Part shown: piece by piece, positions 32,068 to 41,195 of the stretch
How the letters are laid out: each line of letters starts with the position of its first letter
Position numbering within the stretch: the stretch's first letter is position 1
Assembly: GCA_965224025.1 (NCBI GenBank)
Contig: OZ245033.1
Coordinates: forward strand, 1,024,001 to 1,088,000
Direction: 5' to 3'
DNA: 64,000 bases
From: Candidatus Multivorans sp.
Lineage (GTDB): Bacteria; Acidobacteriota; Thermoanaerobaculia; Multivoradales; Multivoraceae
The notes under the pieces: generated by a model
What the model was told of the DNA's origin: nothing
What the model saw: the letters and a program-made list of their open reading frames with translations, nothing else
Databases searched by the model: none
Made by a program: the position numbers and the translations under genes

Positions 32068-33765
32068 TCAGTGGGTTCGGGGTCTTACGTCGACCACGGG
32101 GCCGCCGAAGAGTTCGAGCACCGCCCGCACGGTCGGATCCTTCTCGGCGGCGGTGGTGCGTGCTTCTTCGCTCGGCGGCGCGCGGCGGCTCTCCGGCGAC
32201 CCGGGCCGGCGGCCGGGCGCCGCTCCCCGGTCCGACGGCGGTGCGCCGGCCGGTGCGCCGCCGACCGCCGGAGCGGGGTCGTTCTCTCGTCCCGGGGGGG
32301 CGGCGGGGATCGTCTTCCAATCGGCCTCGGGGCCCAGCACCGAGCGCACGGTGTCCTTCAGTTGGCCCGCTTTCGCCGCATCGCGGAGCGCTTCCTCGAG
32401 CGCCGGAACGGCGGTGACGACGAGCGTGCAGCTCTGAACCGCGAACCGGGCCTTGTGAAAGTCGAGCAGGCCGGCCAGGGACGGCTGGCTGGAGGCGAGG
32501 AGTCGTTTGATCTCGCCGGCGGCGTCCGGGGCGGCAGCGGGTACTGCCGCTTTGGCCGCGCTTGATGGTCTGGGGCCGGGGCCGCCAGGTTGCGGAGGCG
32601 ATTCCGCGGTAGCCGGAAGACCGCCCGGCAGAGTGGCCCCAAGCGCCTCGATACGCACCAGCCGCGGCAACTCGGCTGCGCGGAGCAGGGCGACCTCCAG
32701 AGCCAGGCCGGGCGCGTCGGCGCGCCGCACGACGGTCTCGCTGCTGAGCAACAGATGCAACAGGCGGAGCAGGTTCTCGTAGCCCGTGCCCGACGCCACC
32801 CGCGCCAGTTCGGTCGCGGCTTCGGCGGGCAGGTCGAGTTGCTCGGGGTCGAGACCCTGCGCCAGGTGCAGGGCGCTGCGCAGGAAACCGAGGAAGTGGG
32901 TGAACACCTGCCTGGGGTCGCTGCCGCCGTCCTCTATCGACCGGATCGTCTGCGACAGCCGCGCGCCGTCGCCGGCCAGGATGGCCTCGAGGAGCGCGGA
33001 GAGCAGCTCGGCGCCGATGCCGCCCAGCAGCCGGCCGACATCCTCGTGGGCGAGCTTGCCGCCGCCGAAGGTGGCGAGCTGATCGATGAGAGCCACCGCG
33101 TCGCGCACGCTGCCCTCCGAGGCGCGGGAGATCAGGCGCAGGGTCGCCGGGCTGGCCTCGATCTCCTCCGCTGCGCAGATTCTCGTCAGGTGGGCCACCA
33201 TCGGGTTCGCGGGTACGCGCCGGAAGTGGAACTCCTGGCAGCGGGACAAGATCGTCGCCGGCACCGTTTCGATTTCGGTGGTCGCGAAGACGAAGGTCAG
33301 GTGCGCCGGCGGCTCCTCGACGATCTTGAGCAGGGCGTCGAAGGCCTGCCTGGAAAGCCTGTGGATCTCGTCGAGAACGACGACCTTGTAGCGGTCCCGC
33401 GCGGGGCCGTACTTCAGGCTCTCGGTGAGCTCCCGGACCTGCTCGACCTTCGAGTAGGTGGCGGCGTCGATCTCGATCACGTCGAGGTCGCCGCCGCTCT
33501 TGATCTCGTTGCATACCAGGCATTCGTCGCACGGGTCGGAGGCCGGGGCGGTGGCGAAACCGTCGGCGCCGACGCAGTTCAGGGCCTTGGCCAGAATCCG
33601 GGCCGCGGTCGTCTTGCCGACGCCGCGGATGCCGGAGAAGAGGTACGCCTGGGCGATCCGCCCTTCGCTCAGCGCGTTGCGCAGGCCGGTGACGATCGCC
33701 TCCTGGCCGACGAGATCGGCGAACGTCTGCGGGCGCCATTTGCGCGCCAGCGCCTGGTACGTCAT
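32068..33765 (-). CDS. dnaX: DNA polymerase III subunit gamma/tau
   Basis: YQALARKWRP, GIRGVGKTT, EIDAA, DEIH, TILSRCQ. Confidence 0.96.
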   Translation of the reverse strand: MTYQALARKWRPQTFADLVGQEAIVTGLRNALSEGRIAQAYLFSGIRGVGKTTAARILAKALNCVGADGFATAPASDPCDECLVCNEIKSGGDLDVIEIDAATYSKVEQVRELTESLKYGPARDRYKVVVLDEIHRLSRQAFDALLKIVEEPPAHLTFVFATTEIETVPATILSRCQEFHFRRVPANPMVAHLTRICAAEEIEASPATLRLISRASEGSVRDAVALIDQLATFGGGKLAHEDVGRLLGGIGAELLSALLEAILAGDGARLSQTIRSIEDGGSDPRQVFTHFLGFLRSALHLAQGLDPEQLDLPAEAATELARVASGTGYENLLRLLHLLLSSETVVRRADAPGLALEVALLRAAELPRLVRIEALGATLPGGLPATAESPPQPGGPGPRPSSAAKAAVPAAAPDAAGEIKRLLASSQPSLAGLLDFHKARFAVQSCTLVVTAVPALEEALRDAAKAGQLKDTVRSVLGPEADWKTIPAAPPGRENDPAPAVGGAPAGAPPSDRGAAPGRRPGSPESRRAPPSEEARTTAAEKDPTVRAVLELFGGPVVDVRPRTH

Positions 33766-33785
33766 GGTCGCCGCCGCCGGATGCA

Positions 33786-33915
33786 GAGAGAAGTCACTGA
33801 AGGGTTCCGGCTGAACTGCGCCCTCGAAACGAACACCCTATCGCTGCTCCCTTCCGGGCCTGACGAAGTTCGGGGCCGGTCGACACACAGGGCCCGAACC
33901 CTTCGGTCACCTCTC
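33786..33915 (-). ncRNA. ffs: Signal recognition particle RNA
   Basis: Minus strand contains GTCAGGCCCGGAAGGGAGCAGC domain IV motif within a long hairpin, upstream of dnaX; ends approximate. Confidence 0.9.
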
Positions 33916-33977
33916 GATCCCTCGCCCGTGCGTGGAGACGAGGATCATGCCGGATGGTAGCAGCACGCAGTGACTCG

Positions 33978-34128
33978 CAGGGCTGTTCCAAAGTCCGGCG
34001 CTTAGCGCCGGATGCGGGCGAGACGCCCGCGTTCCCAGGCTCGGAGAGCCATCGCGGCGCCGATCCATCGATCCGGGAGTCGTTTCCGCACGTCCGGCTT
34101 CGGAACGGCCGACTCTTGAACAGCCCTG
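33978..34128. mobile_element. 151-bp MITE-like element with 10-bp target duplication, containing REP copy 4 (34010-34039)
   Basis: Ends CAGGGCTGTTC / GAACAGCCCTG; CAGTGACTCG directly repeated at 33968-33977 and 34129-34138. Confidence 0.85.
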
Positions 34129-34186
34129 CAGTGACTCGTCTACGGCGTGCGAGGCGGAAGCGGGTGCTGCTACGGTTGCTCGCCGA

Positions 34187-34660
34187 GTGGACGCGGGGGA
34201 CGATCGAACGGCCATGGGGTTGGCTCTCGACGAGGCCCGTCTCGCGGCTGCCGCCGGAGAGGTTCCGGTGGGCGCGGTGGTTGTGCGCGACGGGGAGGTG
34301 GTCGGTCGCGGGCACAACCACAGGGAGTCCTGGGGCGACCCGATGGCGCATGCCGAGATGATCGCGCTGGCTCAGGCCGCCGCCCGCCAGCAGGGCTGGC
34401 GACTGGAGGGCTGCGCGGTGTACGTGACTCTCGAGCCCTGCGCCATGTGCGCCGGGGCGATGGTCAACGCCCGCGTGGACCGGCTCGTGTTCGGGGCGCG
34501 GGATCCGAAGGGAGGCTATTGCGGCTCGATCGGGAACCTCGTCCGTGAACCGAGACTGAATCACCAAATCACGGTATGCTCCGGCGTCCTGGCGGAGGAG
34601 AGCTCGGCATTGTTGCGCGCGTTCTTCCGGCGTCTACGGTCGAGCGGGCTTTTCGATTGA
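34187..34660 (+). CDS. tadA: tRNA adenosine(34) deaminase
   Basis: GEVPVGAV, AHAEM, TLEPCAMCAGA. Confidence 0.95.
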   Translation: MDAGDDRTAMGLALDEARLAAAAGEVPVGAVVVRDGEVVGRGHNHRESWGDPMAHAEMIALAQAAARQQGWRLEGCAVYVTLEPCAMCAGAMVNARVDRLVFGARDPKGGYCGSIGNLVREPRLNHQITVCSGVLAEESSALLRAFFRRLRSSGLFD

Positions 34661-34661
34661 G

Positions 34662-34751
<90 letters not shown>

Positions 34752-34797
34752 TTCCGGGGTAGGAGAGGACGAGACGCGCCGAGTGGCCGACGAACGA

Positions 34798-34887
34798 GGA
34801 GAGGTGCCAGAGTGGTCGAATGGGGCGGTCTCGAAAACCGTTGACCGCGCGAGCGGTCCGTGGGTTCGAATCCCACCCTCTCCGCCA
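34798..34887 (+). tRNA. tRNA-Ser(CGA)
   Basis: Cloverleaf with CT-CGA-AA loop, long variable arm, CCA end. Confidence 0.96.
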
Positions 34888-34905
34888 TGCGTCGGACGAG
34901 ACCGC

Positions 34906-34974
34906 GGGGCGGTCTCCCGAGAATCCCTGGACCGCGCGAGCGGTCCGTGGGTTCGAATTCCACCTTCTCCGCCA
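34906..34974 (+). pseudogene. Degenerate duplicate of the 3' portion of tRNA-Ser(CGA)
   Basis: GACCGCGCGAGCGGTCCGTGGGTTCGAATTCCACCTTCTCCGCCA; no acceptor 5' strand or D arm. Confidence 0.8.
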
Positions 34975-34999
34975 TGCCACACCCTAGGAAGGAAAGAAC

Positions 35000-35134
35000 G
35001 TGAAGAGGACATACCAGCCGAACAATCGGCGTCGCAAGAAGAAGCATGGCTTCCGGTCCCGCATGCGGACGAAGCACGGGCGGGCGATTCTCTCTCGCCG
35101 CCGCCGCAAGGGCCGCAAGCGCCTGACGGTCTGA
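35000..35134 (+). CDS. rpmH: 50S ribosomal protein L34
   Basis: GTG start: [44 protein letters not shown]. Confidence 0.97.
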   Translation: MKRTYQPNNRRRKKKHGFRSRMRTKHGRAILSRRRRKGRKRLTV

Positions 35135-35136
35135 CG

Positions 35137-35547
35137 TTGAGCCGATCGAACAGCCCGCGGTGCAACTCCGGCGTAGCACCGGGGGCCGAGCGGATCCGGT
35201 CGAGCCGCGACTATCGCAGGGTCTACCGCCGGGGTCGGCGGCTGCACGGCGACATCGCGGTGTTCCACGTGCGGGCGAATGGCGCCGGCCGCCCGCGGCT
35301 CGGGCTCACCGCCGGCCGGCGGGTGGGCGGCGCCGTGGTGCGCAACCGGCTGCGCCGGCGGGTGCGCGAGCACTACCGGCAGCAGGTCAGGCAGGACATG
35401 CTGCCCGCCGTGGACTTGGTGGTCCATCTGAAGGCCGCCGCGGCCGGGACCGACCGGCGCAGCTTCTACAGCGAGTTGAATCGCCTGTTTGGGGCGGTAG
35501 CCCGGTACGGCGCCGGTCCCTCCCGCCGCCGAAGGTCGCGGTCATGA
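35137..35547 (+). CDS. rnpA: Ribonuclease P protein component (start uncertain)
   Basis: RLGLTAGRRVGGAVVRNRLRRRVRE RNR motif; synteny. Confidence 0.93.
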   Translation: MSRSNSPRCNSGVAPGAERIRSSRDYRRVYRRGRRLHGDIAVFHVRANGAGRPRLGLTAGRRVGGAVVRNRLRRRVREHYRQQVRQDMLPAVDLVVHLKAAAAGTDRRSFYSELNRLFGAVARYGAGPSRRRRSRS

Positions 35548-35807
35548 GCATTGCGGTCCGCGTCGTCGTCGCGCTGCTACGGGCGTACAAACGTTGGTTG
35601 TCGCCGCTGCTGCCGCGCGCTTGCCGCTTCAGCCCGACCTGCTCCGAGTACGGGCAGATCGCGATGCGGAGCCACGGCCTGGTGATGGGGAGTTGGCTGA
35701 CGATCCGGCGCCTTCTCCGCTGCCAGCCTCTGGGCCGCGGAGGCATCGACTTGCCGCCCGCGGCGTTGCGATTGCGAGGCCCCTCGTGGCATGAGAGCCG
35801 AGGCTGA
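35544..35807 (+). CDS. yidD: Membrane protein insertion efficiency factor
   Basis: SPLLPRACRFSPTCSEY, RLLRCQP..GGID. Confidence 0.93.
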   Translation: MSIAVRVVVALLRAYKRWLSPLLPRACRFSPTCSEYGQIAMRSHGLVMGSWLTIRRLLRCQPLGRGGIDLPPAALRLRGPSWHESRG

Positions 35808-37561
35808 TGGATAACCGGAGACTTCTCTTCGCTGCGCTCCTTTCCCTGGGTGTTCTGCTCCTCTGGCAGGCTCTCTTCGCGCCGCCGCCGCCAGTCGAGC
35901 GGGCGCCGGTGGAGATCCGCGGCGCCGAACAGGCGGCGGACGGCGAGGCTGCCGGCGAAGCGAGTTCGGCCGTCCCGGTTTCGAGGGCGCAGACGGCGCC
36001 GGCGCCCCTGCAGCCCGCGGTCGTCGAACGGGTGGAAGCCGGCGCCGAGCAACGGGTGGTGATCGAGTCGGGCAACGCGAAGCTCGAGTTCACGAACCGC
36101 GGCGCTCAGTTGCTGTCCTTCGAACTGCGCCGACCGAACGGCGGCGAGCCGGTGGAACTGGTGCGCAGGCGCGAGGGCGGCCAGCCCTACCCCTTCGCGT
36201 TTCAGGGCTCACAGCGCGGTTCGGCGCTGAACGACGCCCTTTTCGTTGTCGAACGCTGGACCGAGGACGGCGACACACGGCTCAGCTTTCGCTACAGCGG
36301 CGACCGGGGCGCCGCGACGAAGACGTTTCACATTCCAAAAGACACCGCCCAGGTGGGCGGCCTGACCTTCCGGTACCGAATCGAGTCGCCCGGCGACTCC
36401 TGGGGGCTGGTATTGGGTCCGGGAATCCGGAATCCGAGCGTGGACGAGTTGGAGAGCCGGTTGTCGAGCCAGCAGCGGCGCGCGGCGACCTGGTTCTCGG
36501 ATGGCGACTTGGAGTCGCTGCAGCCTCGGAAGGCCGAAGATCCGATCGATCTGGGCGGCAACCCCCGCTGGGTGGCGCTCGAGGACCGGTACTTCATCAC
36601 GGCCGTGGTCCCGGCCGGCGCCCGGGGAACCGTTCAGGCGCGGCCGGTTGCCAACCTGGAGGAAACTGACGGCAACCTGGGCGGCTTCGCCATGTTTGAG
36701 GCCGCGGACGTCGCCACGGCCGACCTGACACGGGATCTGATGCTGGTTCTTCGCTCCTCGGGCGGCGAACTCGCCGGACGGGCGTACTTCGGGGACAAGC
36801 AGTACGACGCGCTGGCAGCGATGGGCGTGCGACTGGAAAAAACGGTGCGGTACGGCTTTTTCGGCGTCATCTCGCGCCCGTTGCAGTTCGGTTTACGCTG
36901 GATTTACGACAACGTGGTCGCGAACTACGGGTGGAGCATCGTGTTGATGACCGTGGTCATCCGCCTGGTGCTGTTTCCGCTGACCCACAAGAGCCAGGTC
37001 TCCATGCAGCGGATCCAGAAGTTGAACCCGCGCATGGAAGCGATCCGCGCGAAGTACCGGCCCAAGCTCAAGGACGGGAAGGGCCGTCCGCGCATGGACA
37101 TGCAGCGCAAGATGAACGAGGAAATCCAGGCCCTGTTTCGTGAGGAGGGCGTGAATCCCGCCAGCGGCTGCCTGCCGATCCTGTTCCAGATGCCCGTGTT
37201 CTTCGGGTTCTTCCGGCTCTTGAGCGAGGCGGTGGAACTGTGGGATGCGTCGTGGCTCGGATGGATCCAGAACCTCGCGCTGCCGGATCCCATCTACGTA
37301 CTTCCCCTGGTCATGGGCGCCTCGCAGTTCCTCCAGCAGCGGATGCTGCCGCCGCCCGCGAACAAGACCCAGAAGCTGATCATCAACACGATGCCGATCT
37401 GGTTCACGATCTTTTCGTTCAGCTTCCCGAGCGGCCTGGTGCTCTACTGGCTGACGAACAACTTGCTGGGAATCGTGCAGACCGGGGTATACAACAAGCT
37501 GAAGAAGTCGGGCTACCTGGGCGGCGCTGTGGCCGCGCGGGCCACCGACACGAAGAAGTGA
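35807..37561 (+). CDS. yidC: Membrane protein insertase YidC
   Basis: NYGWSIV, VNPASGCLPILFQMP, DPIYVLP, PSGLVLYW. Confidence 0.96.
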   Translation: MDNRRLLFAALLSLGVLLLWQALFAPPPPVERAPVEIRGAEQAADGEAAGEASSAVPVSRAQTAPAPLQPAVVERVEAGAEQRVVIESGNAKLEFTNRGAQLLSFELRRPNGGEPVELVRRREGGQPYPFAFQGSQRGSALNDALFVVERWTEDGDTRLSFRYSGDRGAATKTFHIPKDTAQVGGLTFRYRIESPGDSWGLVLGPGIRNPSVDELESRLSSQQRRAATWFSDGDLESLQPRKAEDPIDLGGNPRWVALEDRYFITAVVPAGARGTVQARPVANLEETDGNLGGFAMFEAADVATADLTRDLMLVLRSSGGELAGRAYFGDKQYDALAAMGVRLEKTVRYGFFGVISRPLQFGLRWIYDNVVANYGWSIVLMTVVIRLVLFPLTHKSQVSMQRIQKLNPRMEAIRAKYRPKLKDGKGRPRMDMQRKMNEEIQALFREEGVNPASGCLPILFQMPVFFGFFRLLSEAVELWDASWLGWIQNLALPDPIYVLPLVMGASQFLQQRMLPPPANKTQKLIINTMPIWFTIFSFSFPSGLVLYWLTNNLLGIVQTGVYNKLKKSGYLGGAVAARATDTKK

Positions 37562-37578
37562 GGCAGGACGGGGACTAG

Positions 37579-38385
37579 ATGAACGCAACCACGAACAGCG
37601 TGTTTTTTTCGGGCGAAACGGAGGCGCGGGCCGTGTTGGCGGCCGCAAACCACTTTGGCGTATCGCCCGATCAGGTGGTGTTTGATCGGGTCGAGAAGCG
37701 ACACGGCTTCGTCAAGCGCCGTCGGGTGGTGATCCGTGTCGACCCGGAACAGGTCGGTTCCGGTCCAGAGCAGCACGAAGAAGTCGAGACGGAGTGCGGC
37801 GAGGCGGCAGCGGAGGAGTCCGCCGAAGGACTCTCGGCCTCCGCCTCCGATGACGCGGTATCGGGCGCCCCGGAAGAGACGCCGGTGAAGAGTTCGCCGA
37901 CCCAGGAGGAGGAGGAGGAGCGTCCGGCCCAGGACTCCGAAGAGGTCCTGGAGATAGCCCCGAGAGCATTGCGTCAACTGCTCGAACTGGCCGACCTCGA
38001 AGTATCGGCGGACATGGTCCTCGCCGACGGCCGGCTGGAAGTCGAGATCGAGGGAGTGGACCAGGAGCTGTTGGTAGAAGACGAAGGCCAGGTCCTCCTT
38101 GCGCTCCAGCACCTCCTGCCGCGGGTGATGTACGGGGAACTGGGACGAATCGTACCGTGCCGGCTCGATAGCGGCGGCTATCAACGGCGGAAGGAAGAGC
38201 GCCTGAGAGGCCTGGCGCGCCGTGTGGCCGACGAAGTCGTTTCCCGCGGCGGCATTCGCACTCTGCGGCCGATGAACCCGGCCGACCGGCGAATCGTCCA
38301 CATGGCTCTCGCCGACGATCCGGAGGTCGAGACCGAGAGCCACGGCAACGGCTACTTCAAGCGCGTCAACATCCGAAGCGTCTAA
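37579..38385 (+). CDS. jag: Jag/KhpB (EloR) RNA-binding protein
   Basis: Jag N-domain, KH-like region, R3H motif PMNPADRRIVH; follows yidC. Confidence 0.88.
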   Translation: MNATTNSVFFSGETEARAVLAAANHFGVSPDQVVFDRVEKRHGFVKRRRVVIRVDPEQVGSGPEQHEEVETECGEAAAEESAEGLSASASDDAVSGAPEETPVKSSPTQEEEEERPAQDSEEVLEIAPRALRQLLELADLEVSADMVLADGRLEVEIEGVDQELLVEDEGQVLLALQHLLPRVMYGELGRIVPCRLDSGGYQRRKEERLRGLARRVADEVVSRGGIRTLRPMNPADRRIVHMALADDPEVETESHGNGYFKRVNIRSV

Positions 38386-38407
38386 CGCGCCCGTGGGGCA
38401 CCCGCTT

Positions 38408-38577
38408 GCCCCGGGGCCGAAGGAGAGTGTCCCAAGGGGCCGCTCGCGCTTGTTTGGTGAAAGAAGGGTTGGGCTCGCTTCGGTCGGCTGCGCTCCGGTT
38501 TGGCGACGTTCGATGAGAGGGCGTCGGGCGTCGCTTGCCGACAGCCCCCCTGGGACCCTTTCCTTCGGCCCCGGGGC
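38408..38577. repeat. ~170-bp structured repeat family, copy A
   Basis: Terminal IR GCCCCGGGGCCGAAGGA / TCCTTCGGCCCCGGGGC; internally homologous to 57892-58068. Confidence 0.8.
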
Positions 38578-38854
38578 GGGCGGGGCGGTCGTCCGCTGTT
38601 CCGGGGGGCTCCACGGGGCTTGTGCTGGTGTTGGAGGGCGCCGGTTGTTGTCGGGAAGGAGAGGGCCCCTGTGGGCGCTCGCCGCCGGCTGCGGCCCGAA
38701 GCGTCACGGGGTCTGAGATGGCCGTCGTGTCGGTGTCCGGGAGATACCCTCCACGTGAACTTCGTTGGGGACAGTCCTTGTTGTTGGAGACCTGTGGAGC
38801 CGGGGAGAGCTACAGTCCGCGGTCGGCGTCGGCGACTATGGCATGTGCAGCGCC

Positions 38855-38870
38855 TGTTTCACGTGAAACA
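38855..38870. promoter_or_regulatory. parS: parS site 1
   Basis: Perfect palindrome TGTTTCACGTGAAACA. Confidence 0.95.
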
Positions 38871-38899
38871 GGGCTGATGCCCGCGGTTTGGGTCCCGGG

Positions 38900-39547
38900 G
38901 TGTTTCACGTGAAACATGCCGATCTGTTTCAGCGCGAGTTTGGTGACGAGTTGTCGCGGGAAGCTGTAGATCGGCTGATACGGCATGCCGAGCTCCTGGA
39001 ACGGTGGAACCGGGTGGTTCGCCTGGTCGGGGAAGAAGGGCCGGAGGACTGGATTCGGCGTCACTACGCGGAGTCGGTGGCGGCGCGGGCGTTCTGGCGG
39101 CCTTCAGCACGTAAGGGGAGCGGTGAGCCCGGGCTTCTCGATATCGGTAGCGGCGCCGGGTTCCCGGGTCTCGTCCTTGCGGCCCTCCATCCCGAGCGGC
39201 CGGTGACCCTGGTGGAGGCCCGCGAACGGAAGGCCGCGTTCCTCGCCGAGGCGGCGCGAGAGCTTGAACTTCCCCTCGTGCGGGTCATCCGGGACCGCTT
39301 CGACGTCGAACTCGCGGCGGGAGTGGCTGGGGCGGTAGAGTGCGCGACGATTCGCGGCCTTCGGCTTCCGGAGGCCACGATGGCTCGCTTGGTCCAGGTT
39401 CTGCCTGGTGAAGGGCGCCTGGTTGTGTGGGTGGGCCGGCAACTTGGGTCCGGCCTGGCGGGTATGTGTGCTGTGGAAGAAGAGATCAATCTGCCCGACA
39501 GCCGGCACCGCCGGCTTCTCGTGCTCCGGCCGCGTAGCCGTGGCTGA
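38900..39547 (+). CDS. rsmG: 16S rRNA m7G527 methyltransferase (start uncertain)
   Basis: LLERWN, LLDIGSGAGFPGL, TLVEARERKAAFL; upstream of parA. Confidence 0.9.
   Translation: MFHVKHADLFQREFGDELSREAVDRLIRHAELLERWNRVVRLVGEEGPEDWIRRHYAESVAARAFWRPSARKGSGEPGLLDIGSGAGFPGLVLAALHPERPVTLVEARERKAAFLAEAARELELPLVRVIRDRFDVELAAGVAGAVECATIRGLRLPEATMARLVQVLPGEGRLVVWVGRQLGSGLAGMCAVEEEINLPDSRHRRLLVLRPRSRG
38901..38916. promoter_or_regulatory. parS: parS site 2 (overlaps the rsmG start)
   Basis: Perfect palindrome TGTTTCACGTGAAACA. Confidence 0.95.
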
Positions 39548-40298
39548 CGTCCTGGCGGTCGCCAACCAGAAGGGCGGCGTGGGCAAGACGACGTCGGCGA
39601 TCAACCTGGCGGCGGCTTTCGGCGCAATGGAGCGGAGGGTGCTGCTCGTCGATAGCGATCCGCAGGGAAACGCAAGCCGCGGCCTGGGTTGGTCGGGCTG
39701 GTCGCCGACACTGTTCGAAGTGCTCTCCGGCGAGGCCGAAGCCGCTGACGTGGTCGTCTCGAGCGGGTTCCCCTACGTCGACCTGCTGCCGGCGAACCGC
39801 GATCTCGTGGGAGCGGAATTCGGGTTGCAGCGCGACCGGGACTGGATCCGGCGGCTCACATCGTCGCTCAAGAAATTGGGCGAGAACTACGAACGTGTCT
39901 TCGTGGATTGTCCGCCGGCCCTGGGCCGGCTGACCCTGAACGCCCTCTATGCCGCGGACGCGGTCGTCGTACCGCTGCAGTGCGAGTACTTCGCGCTCGA
40001 AGGCATCAGCGAGCTGATGGCCACGGTGCAGCGGGTGCGGGAACTGGGACGGCCGGACCTGGCGATCGCGGGTGTGATCCTCACCATGTACGATGACCGC
40101 ACCAACCTGTCGCGGGACGTTGCGCGGGAGGTGCGCAAGCACTTCGGATCGATCGTCTGCGATACGATCGTTCCGCGCAACGTCCGTCTGGCTGAGGCGC
40201 CAAGTCACGGAATGCCGGTCCTGCAATACGACATCAAGAGCAAGGGCGCCCAAGCCTATCTGGGTCTGGCGCAGGAACTCGCGGCTCGCCGGCCCTGA
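39540..40298 (+). CDS. parA: Chromosome partitioning ATPase ParA/Soj
   Basis: NQKGGVGKTT, DPQGNA, DCPP, QCEYFALEG, PRNVRLAEAPSHG. Confidence 0.96.
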   Translation: MADVLAVANQKGGVGKTTSAINLAAAFGAMERRVLLVDSDPQGNASRGLGWSGWSPTLFEVLSGEAEAADVVVSSGFPYVDLLPANRDLVGAEFGLQRDRDWIRRLTSSLKKLGENYERVFVDCPPALGRLTLNALYAADAVVVPLQCEYFALEGISELMATVQRVRELGRPDLAIAGVILTMYDDRTNLSRDVAREVRKHFGSIVCDTIVPRNVRLAEAPSHGMPVLQYDIKSKGAQAYLGLAQELAARRP

Positions 40299-40316
40299 TC
40301 GCGCTGCTGGAGTCAC

Positions 40317-41195
40317 GTGAGTAGCAGACGGCGGGGCCTCGGTCGTGGACTGGACGAGCTGTTCGCCGAGAGCGGCGCTCGTTCTCCAGCCGCGCCGCGC
40401 GCGGAACGCGAGCTGCCGGTAGCGCAGCTCGAGCCGAACAGCCGGCAGCCGCGCGACCGGTTCGACGATGAGGAGCTGGCGGAACTCGCGAGTTCGATCG
40501 CGCAGCTCGGCGTACTCCAGCCGCTCGTCGTCACCGGGGGCCCGGAGCGCGGCGGCCGGTATCGCATCGTCGCCGGTGAGCGTCGCTGGCGGGCGGCCCG
40601 GAGGGCGGGGCTGGAAACGGTGCCGGTCGTCTTTCGGGACGTGGACGACGAGCGCGAACTGCTGGAGCTCGCCCTGGTCGAGAACCTCCAGCGTTCCGAT
40701 CTGAACGCGCTGGAAGAGGCGGAGGCGTTTCGGGCGCTGAGCGAAGAGTTCGGGCTTTCGCAGCAGGAGATCGCTGGCCGTGTCGGCCGGAGCAGGGCCG
40801 CGGTGGCGAATGCCCTGCGTCTGCTTCGCTTGCCTTCAGCGGTGCAGGAGCAGTTGCGGTCAGGAGCGCTGACCGCCGGTCAGGCTCGTCCCTTGCTGGC
40901 GCTTGGCGACGAACAAAGTCAGATTGAACTCGGCGCCCGCGCCGAGCGCGAGTCCCTGAGTGCGCGAGAACTGGAGCGCATCGCGGCCAGCAGGCGGCGG
41001 AAGACCGCCACAACGCGGCGCGTGGCAGCCCCGGAGAGCGACCCCCACACCGCCGATGCCGTCGAGCGGCTGACGCGTAGACTGCAGACACGTGTCGAAA
41101 TCCGCCGTCGCCGCCGGGGAGGCGGCGTCCTCAAAATCCACTTCCACTCCGAACCCGAATTGATCCGCATCTACGAGCGGTTGTCGGCGGAGTGA
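40317..41195 (+). CDS. parB: Chromosome partitioning protein ParB
   Basis: GLGRGLDEL, QPR, AGERRWRA, ENLQRSDL, HTH VGRSRAAVANALRLL. Confidence 0.96.
   Translation: MSSRRRGLGRGLDELFAESGARSPAAPRAERELPVAQLEPNSRQPRDRFDDEELAELASSIAQLGVLQPLVVTGGPERGGRYRIVAGERRWRAARRAGLETVPVVFRDVDDERELLELALVENLQRSDLNALEEAEAFRALSEEFGLSQQEIAGRVGRSRAAVANALRLLRLPSAVQEQLRSGALTAGQARPLLALGDEQSQIELGARAERESLSARELERIAASRRRKTATTRRVAAPESDPHTADAVERLTRRLQTRVEIRRRRRGGGVLKIHFHSEPELIRIYERLSAE

Noticed and set aside
32068-33765. Programmed frameshift producing DnaX gamma
   Set aside because: No A AAA AAG slippery site or long A run seen
38580-38850. Possible oriC next to parS
   Set aside because: No convincing TTATCCACA boxes or AT-rich unwinding element; only weak TGTGG/CCAC matches
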